NCBI RefSeq assembly: GCF_000284455.1
Contig: NC_017039.1
Span: forward strand, 2,730,001 to 2,762,000
Source of the DNA: Synechocystis sp. PCC 6803 substr. PCC-P
Lineage (GTDB): Bacteria; Cyanobacteriota; Cyanobacteriia; Cyanobacteriales; Microcystaceae
Reading direction: 5' to 3'
DNA: 32,000 nucleotides
The notes under the pieces were generated by a model that had not been told where the DNA came from, did not search any database, and saw only the letters and a list, made by a program, of their open reading frames with translations. Positions 28,517 to 32,000 of the stretch are shown one piece after another (the stretch's first letter is position 1; each line of letters starts with the position of its first letter). The position numbers were made by a program, and so were the translations under genes.

Positions 28517-29857
28517 CTACTCCCCGGTAATGGCCAATCCTTCCACCCAAACTAGGGGACACACTCCCCCTGGGGTGACTTCTGCTTCCGGTTCCAGGTA
28601 AACAATAGTTTTTAAGACTTCTAAAAAGTCCCCTGCCACGGTGGCCGCATCAATACTCTGCTTTTCACCCTTATTTACTAACCAACCATCAAAAGGTAAG
28701 GAAAAGGAACCTTGGAGGGAATTGACCCCGGCGTGGAGAGCTTGGAGTTTATCGATATAAACTACGTTTTCTGCTTGATCAAGACTGTAGCTTTTTTCAG
28801 CAGTTTTCTCGCTATACACATGGTAAAAGTGGGCTCCGACGGTGATTTTAGACCCGATGTTAGCGTGGCCAGTGGGTTGGGTATCAAACCGCTTAGCAGT
28901 GCCAGCGCTGTGTAATAAGCCAGTTAAAACCCCATTTTTAATAATGTCCACTCTCCGGGTGGGGGTTCCTTCGCCGTCAAACCGTTCCGCTGAGATATTC
29001 CCTGGGTGCAGAGCATCATCGCTGACACAGAGCAGTTCACTGGCGATCGCCGTGCCGAGGGTTTCCTTGGTAGCTAAGGACTGTTTATCGAGGATACTTT
29101 GGGCATTGTAAAGGTTAGAAAAAGCACCGAGCAAACTCAAAAAAGCCCGGGCGGAAAAGACGACGGTGTATTTTCCGGTGGGGATGGGGCGGTAATCCAG
29201 ATGGCTAAGGGTTTTCTCTTTAACTGTTTGTAAGCAACCATCAATGTCGAGGCTGGCCAAATCCCGACTAATTTTCATTTCTCCGGCACTGCGGGGTTTT
29301 TTACCTTCCTGTTCTGCCCGACTGTAAAGATAAATGGAAGCATAGGAACGGCATTCATAGCGTTTGGCCCCAGCACTGTTCAGGTAAAACCGCTCCGTGG
29401 TCTGTTCCGATAAACCGTTGTAGGGCACCCCGGTGATGGCGGGATGGCTGGCCAATAAGTCCTGCTCAGCTTTAACTAGTGTGGTAATTAAATCCCCCAT
29501 AGGGGCCGGCTCCGCCACGTCATTCTCTGCGCCACCGATGGGCACTTGGGCTTCGGGGCTGAAGTCGGGAATATTATCTGTGATGCCAAAAGCACTGGCT
29601 TCGGCGGCGGTTTCCAGGGCTAAACTAATGCCGGCTTGGTCCAAATCCGTGGTGCTGGTTACCCCCACCAAACCCTTTTCGTTCCAGACTCGCACAATTA
29701 CACTGGCCCGGTTTGACGCTTCCACCTGCTTCGGTTCTCCAGAATCCACCTCCACTCCGGCATCATCCACGGAAGAACCGTAGATGTCATATTGTTTAAT
29801 TCCCAGTGCAGCGGCTCCCTGGTGAGCATGGTCGGCGATCGCCTGAATATCGAGCAT
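28517..29857 (-). CDS. pmbA: TldD/PmbA (TldE) family metallopeptidase-like protein
   Basis: MLDIQAIADHAHQGAAALGIKQYDIYGSSVDDAGVEVDSGEPKQVEASNRASVIVRVWNEKGLVGVTSTTDL... LSGxFSL-like NSLQGSFSLPFDGWLVNKGE; overall PmbA/TldE pattern. Confidence 0.8.
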   Translation of the reverse strand: MLDIQAIADHAHQGAAALGIKQYDIYGSSVDDAGVEVDSGEPKQVEASNRASVIVRVWNEKGLVGVTSTTDLDQAGISLALETAAEASAFGITDNIPDFSPEAQVPIGGAENDVAEPAPMGDLITTLVKAEQDLLASHPAITGVPYNGLSEQTTERFYLNSAGAKRYECRSYASIYLYSRAEQEGKKPRSAGEMKISRDLASLDIDGCLQTVKEKTLSHLDYRPIPTGKYTVVFSARAFLSLLGAFSNLYNAQSILDKQSLATKETLGTAIASELLCVSDDALHPGNISAERFDGEGTPTRRVDIIKNGVLTGLLHSAGTAKRFDTQPTGHANIGSKITVGAHFYHVYSEKTAEKSYSLDQAENVVYIDKLQALHAGVNSLQGSFSLPFDGWLVNKGEKQSIDAATVAGDFLEVLKTIVYLEPEAEVTPGGVCPLVWVEGLAITGE

Positions 29858-29941
29858 AGTCTTGTCAATGGTGGACTGAATAATTCCAATTTAGCGAATG
29901 GACGGGGTCGAAAGCTATCCAAACTTCGCGAGAAAGGGTTT

Positions 29942-30781
29942 TTAGCTCAAGCTCAAAAATTTGTCTAGGGCACTGATCACACTGGGGGGCCAACGGCGGA
30001 TCTGTTTCACCCAGTCCAGATCTTGGTAACGGCTATCTACCCCCACAGCGGCCACCCAATTACTTTCCGCTTCCCCCTGTTGGCCATCTACCCAGAGCAC
30101 AGCGGTGAGGGCGGCCCGCATATCCGCAAACATGGGATATTTTTTCACCAGACGACGCATGGTTTGAATGGCTTCGGTTTTTTGTCCCAATTCGTACAAC
30201 GCTAGGGCAGTATTGGCCTGGGCAAAGGCAAAATTAGGGGCGATCGCCGTGGCTTGCTGGAAATCTTCCAATGCACTGGTCCAATTCCCTAGACCCCCTT
30301 CTGCATTACCCCGATTATTGTAGGCAAAGGCATCTTCCGGGTTAACGGCTAAAACCCGATTATAGTCAGCGATGGCGGCTTTAAATTCCCCTTTAGCTTC
30401 CAAGGCAGTGCCCCGGTTGAGGTAAGGATCCGTTTGTTCCGGTGCCAACTCAATGGCCTGGTTAAAATCGGCGATCGCCTCGTCCAATTTGTTTTGGCTA
30501 ACCCGGGAATTACCCCGATTGCTCCACACAGCCGGATTCTGGGGAAACTTTTCGATCAATTCCGTCCAATATTTCTCGGCGGTGACAAAATCCCCTGCTT
30601 CAGTGGCAGCAAAGGCTTTATCCGTCAGGCTATCTCCCACTTCTAACTGTTCATCGGTAAGGGGAATGGGGCTTTCCGTTGCCCAGACTGGGGAAGGAAA
30701 AAACAGCAACAAACCTACCAACACAATGCCCCAGAGGGAGGGCATAAGCAAAGCAAAATATTTTCGTAGAAGGGAAAGCAT
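29942..30781 (-). CDS. TPR-repeat protein with signal peptide or membrane anchor
   Basis: Signal-like LLSLLRKYFALLMPSLWGIVLVGLLLFFPSPVWA; TPR units NPAVWSNRGNSRVSQNKLDEAIADFNQAIELAPEQTDPYLNRGTALEAKGEFKAAIADYNRVLAVNPEDAFAYNNRGNAEGGLGNWTSALEDFQQA. Confidence 0.88.
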   Translation of the reverse strand: MLSLLRKYFALLMPSLWGIVLVGLLLFFPSPVWATESPIPLTDEQLEVGDSLTDKAFAATEAGDFVTAEKYWTELIEKFPQNPAVWSNRGNSRVSQNKLDEAIADFNQAIELAPEQTDPYLNRGTALEAKGEFKAAIADYNRVLAVNPEDAFAYNNRGNAEGGLGNWTSALEDFQQATAIAPNFAFAQANTALALYELGQKTEAIQTMRRLVKKYPMFADMRAALTAVLWVDGQQGEAESNWVAAVGVDSRYQDLDWVKQIRRWPPSVISALDKFLSLS

Positions 30782-30882
30782 TAAAAAAATCTGGAGTTGG
30801 GAATGGGATCAACTGGATGCAACTCATTGTAAATTTTCTCCGCGGTAATCTTCAAATTATTGCGCCCCGGTGAACTTGACTT

Positions 30883-30930
30883 CCGACCGACCGGACGGTA
30901 TCTTGAAAGTGTCCAACCAACTGGACGGTT
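30883..30930. promoter_or_regulatory. Candidate TetR-family operator: two imperfect 17-nt direct repeats, 30 bp apart
   Basis: CCGACCGACCGGACGGT (30883-30899) and CCAACCAACTGGACGGT (30913-30929), 14/17 identical; the first contains the near-palindrome ACCGACCGGACGGT (12/14 symmetric positions). Confidence 0.45.
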
Positions 30931-30997
30931 TAATTATTTCCAGGTCTTCTGTCAATTTAAAAAAGAATATTTGCATTATCTGCGGAGGCGAAATTAT

Positions 30998-31561
30998 ATG
31001 GTTTCTGGAAAAAGGCTTCGTTCCAAGTCCATCCAACCCAGCCAACTACTAACTGCGGCTAATCAAGTCATTGTTAGTCAAGGGGTGGACGCCCTCACCT
31101 TGGATGCGGTGGCTAGTGAAGCAGGGGTGAGCAAAGGCGGATTGTTACACTACTTTCCCACCAAGGAGGCTTTAATTGCGGGCATGGTTCAGCAGGCCCT
31201 AGACAGGTTTGTGGAAACATTGCATCAGGAACTTGCCAATGATCCAGCCCCCGACACCCCAGGGCATTGGGTTAGGGCTTATATTCGAGCCTCAGCGCTA
31301 GACGACCAGGAAAATTATGAACTCCATTTCAATTTGCTGGCCGCAAACTTCACCAATCCTGAATTGTTGGCCCCCATGCGACATTTTTGGCAAGAGTGCC
31401 ATGGGCAGATTATGGCTAGCGGGCTCGATCCGGCCGTAGCAACGGTGATTCGATTAGCTATGGACGGTCTTTGGTTAACCCACTTACACGGTTTTGCTCC
31501 CCTGGAAGACCCCCTGCGCTCCCAGGTCATTGCCACTGCTCTGAAACTGGCCCAGCTATAG
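30998..31561 (+). CDS. prqR: TetR-family transcriptional regulator, PrqR-like
   Basis: MVSGKRLRSKSIQPSQLLTAANQVIVSQGVDALTLDAVASEAGVSKGGLLHYFPTKEALIAGMVQQALDRF: TetR_N HTH. Followed by a MATE transporter as in prqR-prqA. ORF opens at 30860, but ATG 30998 follows a GCGGAGG Shine-Dalgarno-like run. Confidence 0.85.
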   Translation: MVSGKRLRSKSIQPSQLLTAANQVIVSQGVDALTLDAVASEAGVSKGGLLHYFPTKEALIAGMVQQALDRFVETLHQELANDPAPDTPGHWVRAYIRASALDDQENYELHFNLLAANFTNPELLAPMRHFWQECHGQIMASGLDPAVATVIRLAMDGLWLTHLHGFAPLEDPLRSQVIATALKLAQL

Positions 31562-31694
31562 TTTCCCAATTTTTCATCTTTTGCCGACGTTTGCCAAATG
31601 GTTTCCAGCGCTGGTTGGTGGCTCTAGGGAATATCTTTAGAGAAAATTTGTTTTTTCATATTTAATAACTATTTTAGTTCTTTGGGTCAATGCT

Positions 31695-32000
31695 ATGACA
31701 GATATTTCAATGCGATTTGGCATGCAAGCAGAGGCCCGTGAATTTCTTAAATTAGCAGTGCCCCTGGCCGGTGCTCAAATGGCTCAGGCGGCAACGGGAT
31801 TTGTCGATACGGTCATGATGGGTTGGCTGGGGCAGGATGTGCTGGCGGCGGGGGGATTAGCCACTATGATCTTTATGGCATTTATGATGACTGGGGTGGG
31901 ATTAATCTCCGGGGTCAGCCCCCTAGTGGCAGAGGCCTATGGCGCTGGCCAAACCCGGCGCATTGGGCAATTAACTCGTCAGGGTTTATGGATTGTCCTA
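31695..32000 (+). CDS. prqA: MATE-family multidrug efflux protein, PrqA-like, partial: N-terminus, runs off right edge
   Basis: Hand translation: MTDISMRFGMQAEAREFLKLAVPLAGAQMAQAATGFVDTVMMGWLGQDVLAAGGLATMIFMAFMMTGVGLISGVSPLVAEAYGAGQTRRIGQLTRQGLWIVL; typical MATE N-terminus. Not in the ORF track (open at edge). Confidence 0.88.
   Translation, partial: MTDISMRFGMQAEAREFLKLAVPLAGAQMAQAATGFVDTVMMGWLGQDVLAAGGLATMIFMAFMMTGVGLISGVSPLVAEAYGAGQTRRIGQLTRQGLWIVL

Noticed and set aside
30857-31045. Minus-strand 62-aa ORF over the prqR leader
   Set aside because: Overlaps the regulatory region and prqR start; no recognisable product.
1-32000. CRISPR arrays, rRNA/tRNA genes, transposases
   Set aside because: Read on both strands at a coarse level; no regularly spaced repeats, no rRNA or cloverleaf-like tRNA segments and no transposase ORFs were recognised. 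tRNAscan, a CRISPR finder and an IS search would be needed to be certain.

Overview
The window reads as cyanobacterial chromosome of Synechocystis sp. PCC 6803 type: abundant HIP1 octamers (GCGATCGC), NDH-1 and ferredoxin-thioredoxin reductase subunits, and a PrqR/PrqA-like pair. Housekeeping content, left to right: partial group-2 sigma factor (sigC-like), HdrB/CCG-domain protein, YggT/Ycf19 protein, pentapeptide-TPR protein, small NdhS (58 aa, absent from the ORF track), SbmA/BacA-type ABC transporter split by a +1 frame change, phage-like PD-(D/E)XK nuclease, HicA/HicB pair, RND membrane-fusion protein, DHNA-CoA hydrolase, gltX, APH+P-loop kinase fusion, parvulin-type PPIase, ftrV, hypothetical protein, histidine kinase, DUF2839, GNAT acetyltransferase, yidD, metH. 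The most interesting segment lies between metH (ends 22441) and a degenerate, diverged copy of the metH 3' end (28263-28515). This roughly 5.8 kb segment behaves like an accessory island: a second HicA/HicB pair, a putative VapB-type antitoxin with a decayed PIN toxin, a 1319-aa NACHT/STAND-like NTPase with a repeat-rich middle and a C-terminal transmembrane helix (candidate defence protein), and a Uma2-family nuclease. No HIP1 octamer was seen between the metH copy at ~21944 and ~27622. To the right are a TldD/PmbA family protein, a TPR protein, a TetR regulator with candidate operator repeats, and a partial MATE transporter. All product calls are by eye; no database search was run.
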